Positions 26,408-37,473 are shown, counted from the stretch's first letter. The stretch: 64,000 nucleotides of DNA from Candidatus Moraniibacteriota bacterium (GCA_049303795.1 JBAQNM010000013.1:78415-142414), one strand, 5' to 3'. Translations and numbers: made by a program. The notes: generated by a model from the sequence alone, not told the origin.

Positions 26408-27391
26408 CTATTTTTTATAACGTTCTTTTTTTAGAAGATACATCTGCTCCTCGGTTAAGTTACGACTGGTTTTTATCATATCAGCGATTAAGGCAAAAAT
26501 TAGCAATTGAGAACCGACAAAAAGTAATGCAGCCGAAAGAAAAAGATAGTTACGATAGGTTGTAATTTGGAAAGTTTGAAAATATTGAATAAGAAAAAGA
26601 CAAAAAACCAAAAAAGAGGCAAGTGCAATAGCTAATCCTGGTAAGCCAAAAAATTTCATAGGTCTTACGTCACGAACTGCTTTAAGGATTATTTTAGCCG
26701 AATCAGATACAAATTTCCAGACTGATTTTACAATTCTAGACTTACGATCATCAAAATAGGAAACCTCGACTGATACCCAGCGTAATTTTAAATTTTTTCC
26801 GATTGCGTCAATGATTGTTTCTTGGGTGTATGTGAAATTAACGTTAGTTACGTTTAGGCGTAACATCGTTTCGCGACTATGAGCCCGAAATCCGCAAGTT
26901 AAATCATCAATCGGATAATTTAAAAAATAGCCAATCAACCTTGCTGCAAAACGATTGATATGGTATTTTATTTTTGGCATATTTTTGGCTACATGTTCTC
27001 CAAATCGGTTGGCAATCACCATATCACATTGACCAAGTAGGATTGGAGAAAGTAGCTTAGGAATATCATTAGGATTGAATTGTCCATCAGCATCAATATT
27101 TACCATGAAATCAGCCCCGTTTTCTAGGGAGTTTTCCACGGCGCGCTTGAAGGAATAAGCGAGGCGGCGGTTTGGTTTATAGGATACAATCAAATCTGCG
27201 CCAGCTTCTTTAGCGATTTTGACAGTGTTATCAGTTGAGCCATCATCAACAATTTGGATTAATTTTTCTGTAATGCTCGCTCCATCACCATTATTATAGA
27301 AATCAGCAGAAAAACTGGATTTGATATGTTTGATTGTTTCTCCAATTTTAGCTTCTTCATTGTAGGCAGGAATATTAACAATAAGTTTCAT
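26408..27391 (-). CDS. Glycosyltransferase family 2 (polyprenyl-phosphate sugar synthase, DPM1/GtrB-like, with C-terminal TM helices)
   Basis: 327 aa. NIPAYNEE...VDDGSTDNT...D.D GT2 motifs and two C-terminal TM helices. Confidence 0.75.
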   Translation of the reverse strand: MKLIVNIPAYNEEAKIGETIKHIKSSFSADFYNNGDGASITEKLIQIVDDGSTDNTVKIAKEAGADLIVSYKPNRRLAYSFKRAVENSLENGADFMVNIDADGQFNPNDIPKLLSPILLGQCDMVIANRFGEHVAKNMPKIKYHINRFAARLIGYFLNYPIDDLTCGFRAHSRETMLRLNVTNVNFTYTQETIIDAIGKNLKLRWVSVEVSYFDDRKSRIVKSVWKFVSDSAKIILKAVRDVRPMKFFGLPGLAIALASFLVFCLFLIQYFQTFQITTYRNYLFLSAALLFVGSQLLIFALIADMIKTSRNLTEEQMYLLKKERYKK

Positions 27392-27409
27392 AGCTTTGTA
27401 AATTTATAA

Positions 27410-27643
27410 TTATTTCTTTTTATTGATTATTAATTTTGGATCAGCACAATTAAAATTACATTTAGCATTATCAATGCCATTATGAATAACATCATTCTTG
27501 CATTCATCCAATCTTTTTTGACACTCTTCCTTGCTCACGTTGAAATAATCTTTATTTACTTCATAACCAAAATAACCTAAAACAAAATAACTAACAACTG
27601 CTACACCACAAACCCAAATAACTAACTTTAGAAGTGAAAACAT
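27410..27643 (-). CDS. Small membrane protein with Cys-rich C-terminal tail, hypothetical
   Basis: 77 aa. One TM helix, then ECQKRLDECKND...CNFNC. Confidence 0.35.
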   Translation of the reverse strand: MFSLLKLVIWVCGVAVVSYFVLGYFGYEVNKDYFNVSKEECQKRLDECKNDVIHNGIDNAKCNFNCADPKLIINKKK

Positions 27644-27770
27644 AAGTATATTATTAACTCTTAAGGCTTATTTAAAACTATCTATATCATAACTTGAATT
27701 TTGTTTTTCGTAAAGCGATTAATAAAAAAATAAATTATACAAAATTTATAAATAATGCTAGAATGATTTT

Positions 27771-28949
27771 ATGAAAATAGGAATCAATGCTTCTTTTTCG
27801 CGAAAACCTTATTCGGGAATTGGACAAGTGACAATAAGCTTCCTTAGAAAGCTTATTAGCGAAGAGGCGAAAAATAAGAAGCAGAAAACTAAACACGAAT
27901 TTATTCTTTATTTGGAAGAGGACTTGCCGAGGGGTTTTAAGTTGCCTAAGAATTTTCAGAAAAAAATCTTTTTGCCAATCTATAAACGGGATGATTTAAT
28001 TCGTAAAATTTGGTGGGAAAAATATCTTCTTCCCAAAAAAATCAAACGTGATAGGTGTGACATTTTTTTTAGTCTTTATCAATGTCCAACCATTCTCAAT
28101 AATGACATAAAACATTTGATGTTGGTGCATGATATAATCCCTAGTCTTTTTCGTGAATATCTTAATAATTCAAGAAAAAAACAATATCAAAAACTAACCG
28201 AGGAAGCCATTAAAAAGGCAGATAAGATTCTGACTGTTTCCAATAGAACAGAAAAAGATCTTATTCAACAATTGGGAATTTCAGCGGATAAAATTTCACT
28301 TAATTATATTAGTATTGATGAAGTTTATCAAAAAAAGATTTCAGCGGAAAAGAACAAAAAGGTTCTTAAAAAATATAAATTAAATCCTGGCTATATTTTT
28401 GCCGGTGGGGGAATGGAGGTTAGAAAAAATATTGAAGGCGTGATTCGCGCTTACCAAATACTTTTAGAAAAAAATAAAAAGGCTTTATTTGTTGAAGCTA
28501 TGCCAAAATTAGTGATCTACGGCAAAGAACTTCCAGGCTTATCACTTGCAACTGATGCTAGAAAGATAATTAAAGAATTAAAGTTGACTAAATTTGTGAA
28601 ACTTTTAGGCGCTGTGCCTCAAGATGATATGCCTGTTCTTTTTAAAAACGCCTTGTTTTTTGTTTATCCGTCACATTATGAAGGTTTTGGTATGCAGATA
28701 TTGGAAAGTATGAGTCAGGGCACTCCAGTTATTAGTTCTAAAAATTCATCCCTTCCTGAGGTTGGCATGGACAGTGTGCTTTATTGTCACGCTTATGATG
28801 TTGAAGAAATTGCGTATGTCATGAGAAAAGTCTTAACAGAACCTGCTTTACGCAAAGTTCTTTCTGAGAGAGGATATAATAGATCTAAGCTTTTTTCATG
28901 GGAAAAATTCACAAAGAAGTTTTATCATATTATTGAAAATGGTTTATGA
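27771..28949 (+). CDS. Glycosyltransferase family 4
   Basis: 392 aa. EGFGMQILESMSQGTPVI GT4 motif. Confidence 0.75.
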   Translation: MKIGINASFSRKPYSGIGQVTISFLRKLISEEAKNKKQKTKHEFILYLEEDLPRGFKLPKNFQKKIFLPIYKRDDLIRKIWWEKYLLPKKIKRDRCDIFFSLYQCPTILNNDIKHLMLVHDIIPSLFREYLNNSRKKQYQKLTEEAIKKADKILTVSNRTEKDLIQQLGISADKISLNYISIDEVYQKKISAEKNKKVLKKYKLNPGYIFAGGGMEVRKNIEGVIRAYQILLEKNKKALFVEAMPKLVIYGKELPGLSLATDARKIIKELKLTKFVKLLGAVPQDDMPVLFKNALFFVYPSHYEGFGMQILESMSQGTPVISSKNSSLPEVGMDSVLYCHAYDVEEIAYVMRKVLTEPALRKVLSERGYNRSKLFSWEKFTKKFYHIIENGL

Positions 28950-30535
28950 AAAAATGGTTTTTAGCGTTTTTAAATACTAAAAATAAGAATAGTTATTATT
29001 TGGCCTTTGCTAATGTTTTTTTAGTTTTATTTCTAATTATATTTAGCAATTTAAAACTAATTCCCTTAAGTTTGGGAAATTTTATTTTTTTTACCTTGCT
29101 AGTCTTAGCTTTTACCCTCTATCGTCCTGGCTGGGTGTTTTTATTTTTTATCGGCTCTATTGCTTTGGAAAATATCAATCTTGCCCCAGTAAATCTGAAC
29201 TTACTTATTAGACCATATCAATTTTTTGGGGGATTACTTTTTTTGGCATTGTTTATTCGCTATATTTCCCGGAGGATAAATTTAAAATTACCAAAATTTT
29301 CTTGGCAGGATTTTTTGATTTTCATCATTCCGCTGGCAGCTTTTTTACAACTGACTATTTCACCAAATAAGGCGGCTGGATTGAAATTAATCATTGTTTT
29401 GTTTTCTTTTTGTATTTTATATTTATTGACAAAAGTATATATTCAGGACATATATGACCTTAAAAAAATTCTACCTTATATTTTTGGGTCTTCAATCGTC
29501 ATTATTTTCTATGGTTTTTGGCAAAATTTACGTTTTGCTAATGGACTCGCTTCTTTTGAGGTGATGCCTGGAAGACCTAATAGCACACTAATGGAAGCGG
29601 ATTGGTTTGGACTTTATCTATTATTATTACTCAGTGCCAGCTATGCTTTAATTTTTTATTTAACAAAAAAATCGAGCAGTATTAAAAAACTGATTCTGAC
29701 TTATGTTTATTTGTTTTTTGTTTTTATTGCACTGATTATTTCTGTTTCTCGTAGTGCTTGGCTGGGAGCTATCGCGACAACCATTCTATTCCTGTTTTAT
29801 GTTTTTACTGGTTTTAAAATAAATATTAAAAATTGGCAATGGAAACTTATAACCAAAATTAAACCGAGCATTCTTTTTGTTTTCATTCTTAGTCTTGGCG
29901 CAGTTTATTTTTTCAATCTAACGAGCTTCCAATTATTTAATCGAGCAAAAAGCACTGCAACCGGATTGCAAAAAATAACAATTAGTTGCGAGAAAGAAGT
30001 TGAATTGCCTGATAAAATAAACAAAATTGAAGAGTTGGCAATAATTAATTGTCGTCATATTAATTTAGAAGAGATCGATTCGGAAAAAGCGAGTAATAAA
30101 TTTATCGCGGAAATTTATCGTACAGATCCCAATGTTAATGTTCGCAGTGAAATATATAAAAAAGCTTGGTCTGAAATAAAAATACATCCGCTCATTGGCG
30201 TTGGTTTTGAAAACGTTGCTATAATTTTGGGACAAGACGGAAGAGGCGCTTCTTTGAATTCCAGTAATATCTTTCTGGAAATTTGGCTTGGAAGTGGAAT
30301 ACTCGGCTTCTTAGCTTTTGTTTATTTTTTAATCTATTTATTTTTAAAGGCTGTTAGAAATATTTGGTTAAGAGATGAATTGGAAGAAAGAGTTTTAGGT
30401 TTATTTGTTTTGATTTCCGGATTTGGAATAATAGTTTTCAACTTATTTAATGCTGGAATCATGTTGGGAATTTTTTGGGTTTGGCTTGGTATTGCTAATT
30501 CGATTAAGACTGAAAAATATGAAAATCGGAATTGA
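28946..30535 (+). CDS. O-antigen ligase / Wzy-like polytopic membrane protein
   Basis: 529 aa with ~12 TM helices and a periplasmic loop, in glycan-locus context. Stop overlaps the next gene. Confidence 0.55.
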   Translation: MKKWFLAFLNTKNKNSYYLAFANVFLVLFLIIFSNLKLIPLSLGNFIFFTLLVLAFTLYRPGWVFLFFIGSIALENINLAPVNLNLLIRPYQFFGGLLFLALFIRYISRRINLKLPKFSWQDFLIFIIPLAAFLQLTISPNKAAGLKLIIVLFSFCILYLLTKVYIQDIYDLKKILPYIFGSSIVIIFYGFWQNLRFANGLASFEVMPGRPNSTLMEADWFGLYLLLLLSASYALIFYLTKKSSSIKKLILTYVYLFFVFIALIISVSRSAWLGAIATTILFLFYVFTGFKINIKNWQWKLITKIKPSILFVFILSLGAVYFFNLTSFQLFNRAKSTATGLQKITISCEKEVELPDKINKIEELAIINCRHINLEEIDSEKASNKFIAEIYRTDPNVNVRSEIYKKAWSEIKIHPLIGVGFENVAIILGQDGRGASLNSSNIFLEIWLGSGILGFLAFVYFLIYLFLKAVRNIWLRDELEERVLGLFVLISGFGIIVFNLFNAGIMLGIFWVWLGIANSIKTEKYENRN

Positions 30536-31658
30536 TATAAGATTGATTGGGAAAAAACAAACTGGCAGCGAGGCAGTGTTTTTTAATTTAACAAAAAATC
30601 TAGCGGCGCTTGATGAAAAAAATGAATATTTGTTATTTACTGATAATACAGATCAAAGCAGCTTAATAAAAATAAAACAAGATTTGAAAATAGAAAATAA
30701 AAATAATTTTAAAATTATTTCACTAAAATGTAGGAATAAGTTTATTTGGAATTTTTGGACGCTACCTAATTATTTGCGTAAAAATCCTTTAGATATATAT
30801 CTGACCCAATATGTTACACCTTTTTTTGTCTCGCGAAAAATAAAAATAATCACAATTATTCATGACGTGTCTTTTTGTGTTTTTCCAAAGTTAATCAAAT
30901 TTAGCGATTTATTTTTTCTTCGCATGCTAATTCCATTAGCAATTAAAAGAGCGGATAAGGTGATAGGTGTTTCGAGGTTCACGCATGATGAAATTATCAA
31001 ATACTACAATGTGAATTCTGAAAAGGTTGAATATATCTACAATGCTGTGGCGGATAATTTTTTATTACAAAAATATTCACAAAAAGAGTTTCAGAATATT
31101 AGGGAAAAATATAGCTTACCTCAGAAATTTATCCTTTATCTTGGCACATTGCAGCCTAGAAAAAATATTCCAACGCTCATAGAGGCTTATGCTAAAATTA
31201 AAGAACAAATTTCTGGAGTAAGTTTAGTTTTGGCTGGAGGAAGAAATCATAACTACGATTTAAATATTGACAATACAATTCGGAAATTTTCCCTTAAAAA
31301 AACAGATGTGTTACTGCCTGGTTTTGTAGCAGAAGAAGACAAGAAAGCCTTGATGATGCTCTCGGATTGTTTTTGCTTTCCTTCATTATATGAAGGTTTT
31401 GGTATTCCGATTTTGGAAGCTTTTAGTTGTAATGTTCCTTGTGTTATTTCGCAAATTCCGCCACATCTTGAAGTGGCTAAAGATGCAGCTTTGTTTTTTG
31501 AGCCAAAAGATAGTGATGAATTATCTAAAAAATTACTCCAGGTATTTACTCAGGAAAATTTAAGAAGCAATATTTTGAAGAAAGAGGAGGAGCAGTTTTT
31601 AGAGTTTTCCTGGCTAAAAACAGCCAAAAAAATGCTTCGAATTTTTGAAGAAATATAG
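30519..31658 (+). CDS. Glycosyltransferase family 4 (start placed at MKIGIDIRL; the ORF track start 30450 is probably an upstream extension)
   Basis: EGFGIPILEAFSCNVPCVIS GT4 motif. The N-terminus MKIGIDIR matches the paralog at 27771 (MKIGINAS). Confidence 0.75.
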   Translation: MKIGIDIRLIGKKQTGSEAVFFNLTKNLAALDEKNEYLLFTDNTDQSSLIKIKQDLKIENKNNFKIISLKCRNKFIWNFWTLPNYLRKNPLDIYLTQYVTPFFVSRKIKIITIIHDVSFCVFPKLIKFSDLFFLRMLIPLAIKRADKVIGVSRFTHDEIIKYYNVNSEKVEYIYNAVADNFLLQKYSQKEFQNIREKYSLPQKFILYLGTLQPRKNIPTLIEAYAKIKEQISGVSLVLAGGRNHNYDLNIDNTIRKFSLKKTDVLLPGFVAEEDKKALMMLSDCFCFPSLYEGFGIPILEAFSCNVPCVISQIPPHLEVAKDAALFFEPKDSDELSKKLLQVFTQENLRSNILKKEEEQFLEFSWLKTAKKMLRIFEEI

Positions 31659-31769
31659 AGTTGAAAGTTGATTGACAAATTCCAAATAAAACGTAGAATA
31701 TATAAGTTGTATAAAATGAGCTAAAACCAGCTTATTTTTAAATAAAAAATAATATTTAATTTGAAAAAA

Positions 31770-32987
31770 ATGATCGATACAAAAATAGGTCGCGAAAATA
31801 ATATAAAAGCAAGAAAACACTTCTATTCAAAAGTGTGGTTTAAAGTGGTGACTGTTATTTTTGTCGTACTGATAATTATTGGTGGAATTTTCTTGTGGAA
31901 AGCGGATAGTGTAATTAAAAAAATTTCCCAAGGTGGGATTATCGGTTCTCTGGTGCATTCCATTCCTGGAGTCAAAGATGAGCTAAAAGGAGAGAAGGAC
32001 GGGAGGATTAACATCGCCCTACTAGGCATGCGAGGAGAAGGCGTTACTGGTGGAGGTTTATTGGCAGATACAATAATGGTTGCTAGTATGGCACCAAAAG
32101 AAAATAAAATTTCCATGATTTCAATTCCACGCGATCTCTACGTGACCGTTCCTGGAACACAAGATAAGCAAAAAATTAATGCCGTTCATTTTTACGGAGA
32201 AGAAAAAGGCAAAGGCAAAGGATTAGAAGATATGAAAACTGTTTTATCAGAAGTTACCGGACTACCTATTCACTATGCTGTCAGTATAAATTTTGCCGGA
32301 TTTAAACAGCTAGTTGATGCTGTTGGTGGCATAGATATAACACTCGAACAACCTTTTAACGAAGCAATGCAATTCAATGAAGAACACATTTGCAATTCAT
32401 TTTTCACTATTCCCACCGGAAAATATGAAAATAAAACTGTTAAATATTTCAGCAAATCCACACAGGTTTATAAAACTAGAATTGTAGCTAGTTATCCTTT
32501 ATGCACTGCACCTGCAGACACATTGGAATGTGGAGGAAATTTTAAACTTCCTGCCGGAAAACAAACGCTTGATGGAGAGAAAGCTCTTTGTTACGCTCGC
32601 TCCAGAAAAACATCTAATGATTTTGAACGAGCTAAAAGACAACAACTACTACTACAACTTTTAAAAGACAAGATGTTTAGCGCAGGCACACTGGTTGATT
32701 TTTCTAAAGTCAATGATATTCTCAATAGTCTTAGTGATAATGTAAGAAGTGATTTACAAGCTTGGGAGATACAAGAATTTTATAACCTTTATAAAAAAAT
32801 GATCAACCCCCAAGTTTATCAAAGAGTATTGGAAAATTCCGAAGAGGGTTTTCTGTATAATCCAACTGATATGCCAAAAGAGGTTGGCTATATCCTTTTA
32901 CCTATTGGAAATAATTACGATCGTATTCATGAAATGGCAGCTAACATTTTCACTATTGCCCCTCAATCAGATATAAAACCTAAATAA
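31770..32987 (+). CDS. LytR-CpsA-Psr (LCP) family cell-envelope glycopolymer transferase
   Basis: N-terminal TM, then INIALLGMRGEG...ADTIMVASM...ISIPRDLYV, which are LCP core motifs. Confidence 0.75.
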   Translation: MIDTKIGRENNIKARKHFYSKVWFKVVTVIFVVLIIIGGIFLWKADSVIKKISQGGIIGSLVHSIPGVKDELKGEKDGRINIALLGMRGEGVTGGGLLADTIMVASMAPKENKISMISIPRDLYVTVPGTQDKQKINAVHFYGEEKGKGKGLEDMKTVLSEVTGLPIHYAVSINFAGFKQLVDAVGGIDITLEQPFNEAMQFNEEHICNSFFTIPTGKYENKTVKYFSKSTQVYKTRIVASYPLCTAPADTLECGGNFKLPAGKQTLDGEKALCYARSRKTSNDFERAKRQQLLLQLLKDKMFSAGTLVDFSKVNDILNSLSDNVRSDLQAWEIQEFYNLYKKMINPQVYQRVLENSEEGFLYNPTDMPKEVGYILLPIGNNYDRIHEMAANIFTIAPQSDIKPK

Positions 32988-32996
32988 AGAACAATC

Positions 32997-33806
32997 ATGG
33001 AACTTTCCATTATAGTTACTAATTTCAAAAACCCCGAGTTGCTAAGGCTTTGTTTGAATTCAATCAAAAAAAACTATACTGGATCGGACTATGAATTGAT
33101 TGTGGCTGACAGTGCGACAGAAGAAAATATGGAAATGATGATGCGTGAAGATTTTCCAGAAGTTATATTTGTTCCATCTAAGAAAAATGTTGGTTTTGGT
33201 GGGGCAGCAAATAATGGTTATAAAAAAAGTAGTGGAGAATATGTTTTGATTTTGAATGGCGATACGATAATAAAAAAAGATTCCATAGAGATTCTTTTGA
33301 GTTATATTAAAAATAATCCATCAGTAGGTATTGTTGGCCCTCAACTCCTGGGTTTTAATGAAAAATTCCAACCATCTTGTTTTCGATTTTATACCCCAAT
33401 GACCATTTTGTACCGTAGAACTTTTTTAGGAAAATTGCCTTTTGCCAAAAAACATCTCGCCTGGTTTTCAATGCAAGATTTTGATCATAAGAGTATTCGC
33501 AAAGTCGGTTGGCTTATGGGATCGGCATTAATGACAAAAAGAACGGCCATAGAGGAAGTTGGTCTGATTGATTCAAATTTCTGGATGTATTTTGAGGATA
33601 CTGATTGGTGTCGGAGATTCTGGGAAAAAAAATACAGTGTAGTTTATAATCCAAATGCCCAAATCTATCATTATCATGGAAAGGGTTCGGCTGGAAAAAA
33701 TATTCTAAGGACATTAATTTCAAATAGGTTGACTTGGGCACATATTGCTAGTGCCATTTATTACTTTAAGAAATATTTTAAAAAACCAATACCCAAAATT
33801 GATTAA
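32997..33806 (+). CDS. Glycosyltransferase family 2
   Basis: 269 aa. SIIVTNFKNPE...ADSATEEN...GD GT2-A motifs. Confidence 0.75.
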   Translation: MELSIIVTNFKNPELLRLCLNSIKKNYTGSDYELIVADSATEENMEMMMREDFPEVIFVPSKKNVGFGGAANNGYKKSSGEYVLILNGDTIIKKDSIEILLSYIKNNPSVGIVGPQLLGFNEKFQPSCFRFYTPMTILYRRTFLGKLPFAKKHLAWFSMQDFDHKSIRKVGWLMGSALMTKRTAIEEVGLIDSNFWMYFEDTDWCRRFWEKKYSVVYNPNAQIYHYHGKGSAGKNILRTLISNRLTWAHIASAIYYFKKYFKKPIPKID

Positions 33807-33816
33807 AAGAAGAACT

Positions 33817-35088
33817 ATGGAAGAATTTGAAATATCTCCTAATGAGGAGTTAGCAGAAAATAGAATAATATTCAAAAAAGCCCTTTTGTTTTTTTTCGTT
33901 CTCTTGCTTATGTTTGGAAGCTATCTTCTCGGATTAAAGAGAGGTGAAAATAACGAAACTATTTCTAGTAAGGGGGTTTCGCTTGAACTTGCAACTCTAG
34001 AAAATACATCACCTCCTGAAGGTGTGAGTGTGGATTTTGGTCTTTTTTGGAAAACTTGGAATATTCTAAAGGAAAGACATATCGATCGAGATAAGTTGGA
34101 TGCCCAAAAGATGGTTTACGGAGCGATTAGCGGGATGTTAAAAGCTACTGGTGATCCGTATACTTCTTTTTTTGATCCTGAAGAAAAGAAGGCTTTTTCC
34201 GAAGATTTGGGTGGCAGTTTTGAAGGGATTGGTGCTGAACTTAGCATTAAAGATAATCTCTTAACTGTCATTGCACCACTTGATGAATCACCGGCGCAAA
34301 AAGCGGGACTAAGAGCTGGAGACAGAATATTAAAAATTGATGATAAGATTATTTCTGATATGACGATTGATGAATCTGTAAGTTTGATTCGAGGAAAAAA
34401 AGGTACAGAGGTAAGACTTACTATTCTGCCAAAAGAAGATCAGAATACTAAGGAAATTACTATTGTTCGTAACACTATTGAGGTAAAAAGCGTTAAGCTT
34501 GAATTTAAGGATGGTGGTATCGCTGTGATTGAAATCACTAAATTTGGAGAAAATACTGATAAGGAGTTTAATGATATAGTTTCAAAAGTGCTTTCTACTA
34601 ATGTAAAAGGAATAATTCTTGATTTGCGTAATAATCCTGGTGGACTTCTTGATAAATCAATTAAGATTGCTAGCAAGATGATACCAAAAGGAAAAGTTGT
34701 TGTAATAGAGGAAGATAGTTTCGGAAAAAAATCAGATTTTAAAACGCTAGGTGGTGATGTACTTAGTCAGATTCCGACTGTAGTCTTGATTGATGAGGGT
34801 AGCGCTAGTGCTTCAGAAATTCTGGCTGGTGCGCTTCGTGATGATCAAAAAATAACACTTGTAGGCATGAAATCATTTGGAAAGGGAAGCGTTCAGGAAT
34901 TAATTAGTCTCGGAGACTCTAGTGTGAAAATTACTGTTGCTAAATGGTTGACTCCGAATGGTGATTATATAATGGAAAAAGGAATTAATCCTGATATTGA
35001 AGTTAAAATGACAGCCGAAGATTATAAAGATAACAAAGACCCACAATTGGATAAAGCCATAGAAACATTAAAAGAAAAAATAAAATAA
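33817..35088 (+). CDS. C-terminal processing peptidase (S41, Ctp) with PDZ domain (start placed at MEEFEIS; the ORF track 33745 is an upstream extension that overlaps the previous gene)
   Basis: PDZ segment (GLRAGDRILKIDDK) and the S41 catalytic region (DLRNNPGG...GSASASEILAGAL...K) are present. Confidence 0.8.
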   Translation: MEEFEISPNEELAENRIIFKKALLFFFVLLLMFGSYLLGLKRGENNETISSKGVSLELATLENTSPPEGVSVDFGLFWKTWNILKERHIDRDKLDAQKMVYGAISGMLKATGDPYTSFFDPEEKKAFSEDLGGSFEGIGAELSIKDNLLTVIAPLDESPAQKAGLRAGDRILKIDDKIISDMTIDESVSLIRGKKGTEVRLTILPKEDQNTKEITIVRNTIEVKSVKLEFKDGGIAVIEITKFGENTDKEFNDIVSKVLSTNVKGIILDLRNNPGGLLDKSIKIASKMIPKGKVVVIEEDSFGKKSDFKTLGGDVLSQIPTVVLIDEGSASASEILAGALRDDQKITLVGMKSFGKGSVQELISLGDSSVKITVAKWLTPNGDYIMEKGINPDIEVKMTAEDYKDNKDPQLDKAIETLKEKIK

Positions 35089-35133
35089 ACCAGCTCTATT
35101 TTCAAAATTAATTTTTTTAGTTATAATAAAACT

Positions 35134-35577
35134 ATGCAAATAATATTACTCCAAGATGTCAACGACCTAGGCAAAAAAGGTGATCTGAAAAATGTTTCTG
35201 ATGGCTATGCTCGCAATTTTCTGTTTGCTAAGAAATTGGCGGAAAAAGGGACTAAGGAGGCGATTGAAAAAATGAATTTAATTAGAAAAAAAGAGAAAAG
35301 TGAAGAACTGGCAAAGATGGAAAATTTAAGAAAAATAGCCGAATCACTAAAAAATAAAAACATTCAAATTAAAGCTCCTGGAAAAAACGGAAAATTATTT
35401 GGGTCAATTACGGCTAAGGATATTGTGCAGGAATTGAAAAAAGAAAATATTGAAGTTGATGATAAATCGATTGAATTGGAAGGAAAGCATATTAAGAAAA
35501 TCGGTGAACATGAAGTGCGAATTGTTTTAACGCCAGGAATCGAGTCGAAAATAAAGGTAATTATTTCAGAGGTTTAA
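35134..35577 (+). CDS. rplI: 50S ribosomal protein L9
   Basis: [30 protein letters not shown] is a classic L9 N-terminus. 147 aa. Confidence 0.85.
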   Translation: MQIILLQDVNDLGKKGDLKNVSDGYARNFLFAKKLAEKGTKEAIEKMNLIRKKEKSEELAKMENLRKIAESLKNKNIQIKAPGKNGKLFGSITAKDIVQELKKENIEVDDKSIELEGKHIKKIGEHEVRIVLTPGIESKIKVIISEV

Positions 35578-35602
35578 ATTTGATCTTATACATAAAAACA
35601 AA

Positions 35603-35629
35603 AAAAGTCGCGGGGAGGGCGACTTTTTG
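35603..35629 (+). terminator. Intrinsic terminator (AAGTCGC-GGGGAGG-GCGACTT followed by T5)
   Basis: Stem-loop lies directly after rplI. Confidence 0.65.
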
Positions 35630-35768
35630 TCTGGAGAAAAGATTAAATAAAGAATTTTTATTAGTTTAATAAGTTAATTTTTTTTAAATTAAGAATAATA
35701 TCAAGGAATAGAAAATAAAAAAAGCTTAGTTTATTGTTTTTTATTCATTGCACATTGTTCAGAGAAAA

Positions 35769-37416
35769 TATGAAACAAAACAGAAAGTTCATCTTTATCG
35801 TCGGGGGAGTAATGAGTGGAGTGGGGAAAGGGATTGCTACATCATCAATTGGAATTATTCTTAAGGCACGAGGTCTTTCTGTTACTGCTATAAAAATCGA
35901 TCCATATATCAATGTTGATGCTGGAACGATGAATCCAACAGAGCATGGTGAGGTTTTTGTTTTAGATGATGGCTATGAAACTGATCAAGACATGGGGAAT
36001 TATGAGCGTTTTCTTGATATTGTATTGCCGAATGACAACTACATGACAACCGGACGTGTTTACGAGTCAGTTATTCATCGTGAACGAAATTTGGGCTATA
36101 ACGGGCGTTGTGTGGAAGTTGTTCCGCATATTCCATTGGAAGTGATTGAGCGCATTGAAAATGCTTCTGAGAAAGCTAAATCAGATGTGACATTAATTGA
36201 AATAGGTGGAACGATTGGCGAATATCAAAATATCTTATTTCTAGAAGCTGCTAGAATGCTTAAAATCAAATACCCTGATGATGTTATGTTTGTTATGGTG
36301 AGTTATTTACCAATTCCTTCCAAGGTTGGAGAAATGAAGACTAAGCCAACACAATATGCCGTTCGAACTTTAAATGGAGCTGGCATTCAACCGGATGTGA
36401 TTATTGCCCGTAGCGAAACATTTCTTGATCAAAAAAGAAAAGAAAAACTAGGAATGTTTTGTAATATTTCAGAGCGCTATGTTATCTCTGCTCCAGATGC
36501 TGATAATATTTATGAAATCCCTATTAACTTTGAACGTGATGATTTAAGTCGTTTGATTTTGAAAAAACTAAATTTACCGGAAAACAAAAAATCAAACATG
36601 AAAGAATGGTATGATTTTGTTGAGAATATTAAAGCATCCAAAGAAAAAATCAAGATTGGTCTTGTAGGAAAATATTTTGGTACAGGGGATTTTGTTCTTT
36701 CTGATGCCTATATCAGTGTAATTGAGGCGATTAAGCATGCTGCTTTTAAAAATAATTTAATTCCGGAAATTCAGTGGATTAATAGTGAACTTTTTGAAAA
36801 AGAACCAAATAGATTGGAAGATCTAAAAAATTATGACGGAATAATAGTACCAGGTGGTTTTGGATCGCGTGGTATTGAAGGAAAAATCAGTACTATAAAA
36901 TTCTTACGAGAAAATAAGATTCCTTTTTTTGGATTGTGCTATGGTATGCAACTTGCGGTGATTGAATATGCTAGAAATGTTTTAAAGCTGAAAGATGCTA
37001 ACACAACTGAGATTGATCGCAAAACTAAGAATCCTGTAATTGATATTATGCCAGAGCAGAAAAAGAACTTGAAAGATAAGAATTATGGAGCAACTATGCG
37101 ACTCGGAGCCTATCCAGCAATTATTAAAAAAGGTACCGTTGCTTATGGTGCATATAAAAAAGTCAAAATTTCTGAACGCCATCGCCATCGCTGGGAGGTT
37201 AATCCAGAATATGTTTCAAGAATTGAAAAGGCCGGTTTGATTTTTTCGGGCAAATCGCCAAATGGAAATTTGATGGAAATCGCCGAGCTTCCAGTTTCAG
37301 TTCATCCATTTTTTGTTGGGGTACAATTCCATCCAGAATTAATTTCCAGACCACTTTCTTCGCATCCATTATTTTTTGAATTTATAAAAACGTGTGCAAA
37401 AAATAAGAAAAAATAA
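35769..37416 (+). CDS. pyrG: CTP synthase
   Basis: Synthetase domain (FIFIVGGVMSGVGKGI...GNYERF) and C-terminal glutamine amidotransferase domain (GLCYGMQL, HPE). Start placed at MKQNRKF. Confidence 0.9.
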
Positions 37417-37422
37417 GGTTAC

Positions 37423-37455
37423 AAAAAAAATCCCGAATAAAATCGGGATTTTTTT
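37423..37455. terminator. Bidirectional intrinsic terminator (A8-TCCCGA-ATAAAA-TCGGGA-T7) between convergent pyrG and rpmA
   Basis: Hairpin flanked by an A-run and a T-run. Confidence 0.65.
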
Positions 37456-37473
37456 ATCGCATAGTTTTTCTAA

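Noticed and set aside
30450-30518. Upstream extension of the GT4 ORF (MLESCWEFFGFGL...) overlapping the O-antigen-ligase-like gene by 86 nt
   Set aside because: The internal ATG at 30519 (MKIGIDIRL) matches the N-terminus of the paralogous GT4 at 27771 and gives a typical 17-nt overlap. The extension is a hydrophobic read-through of the upstream gene's last TM helix in another frame.
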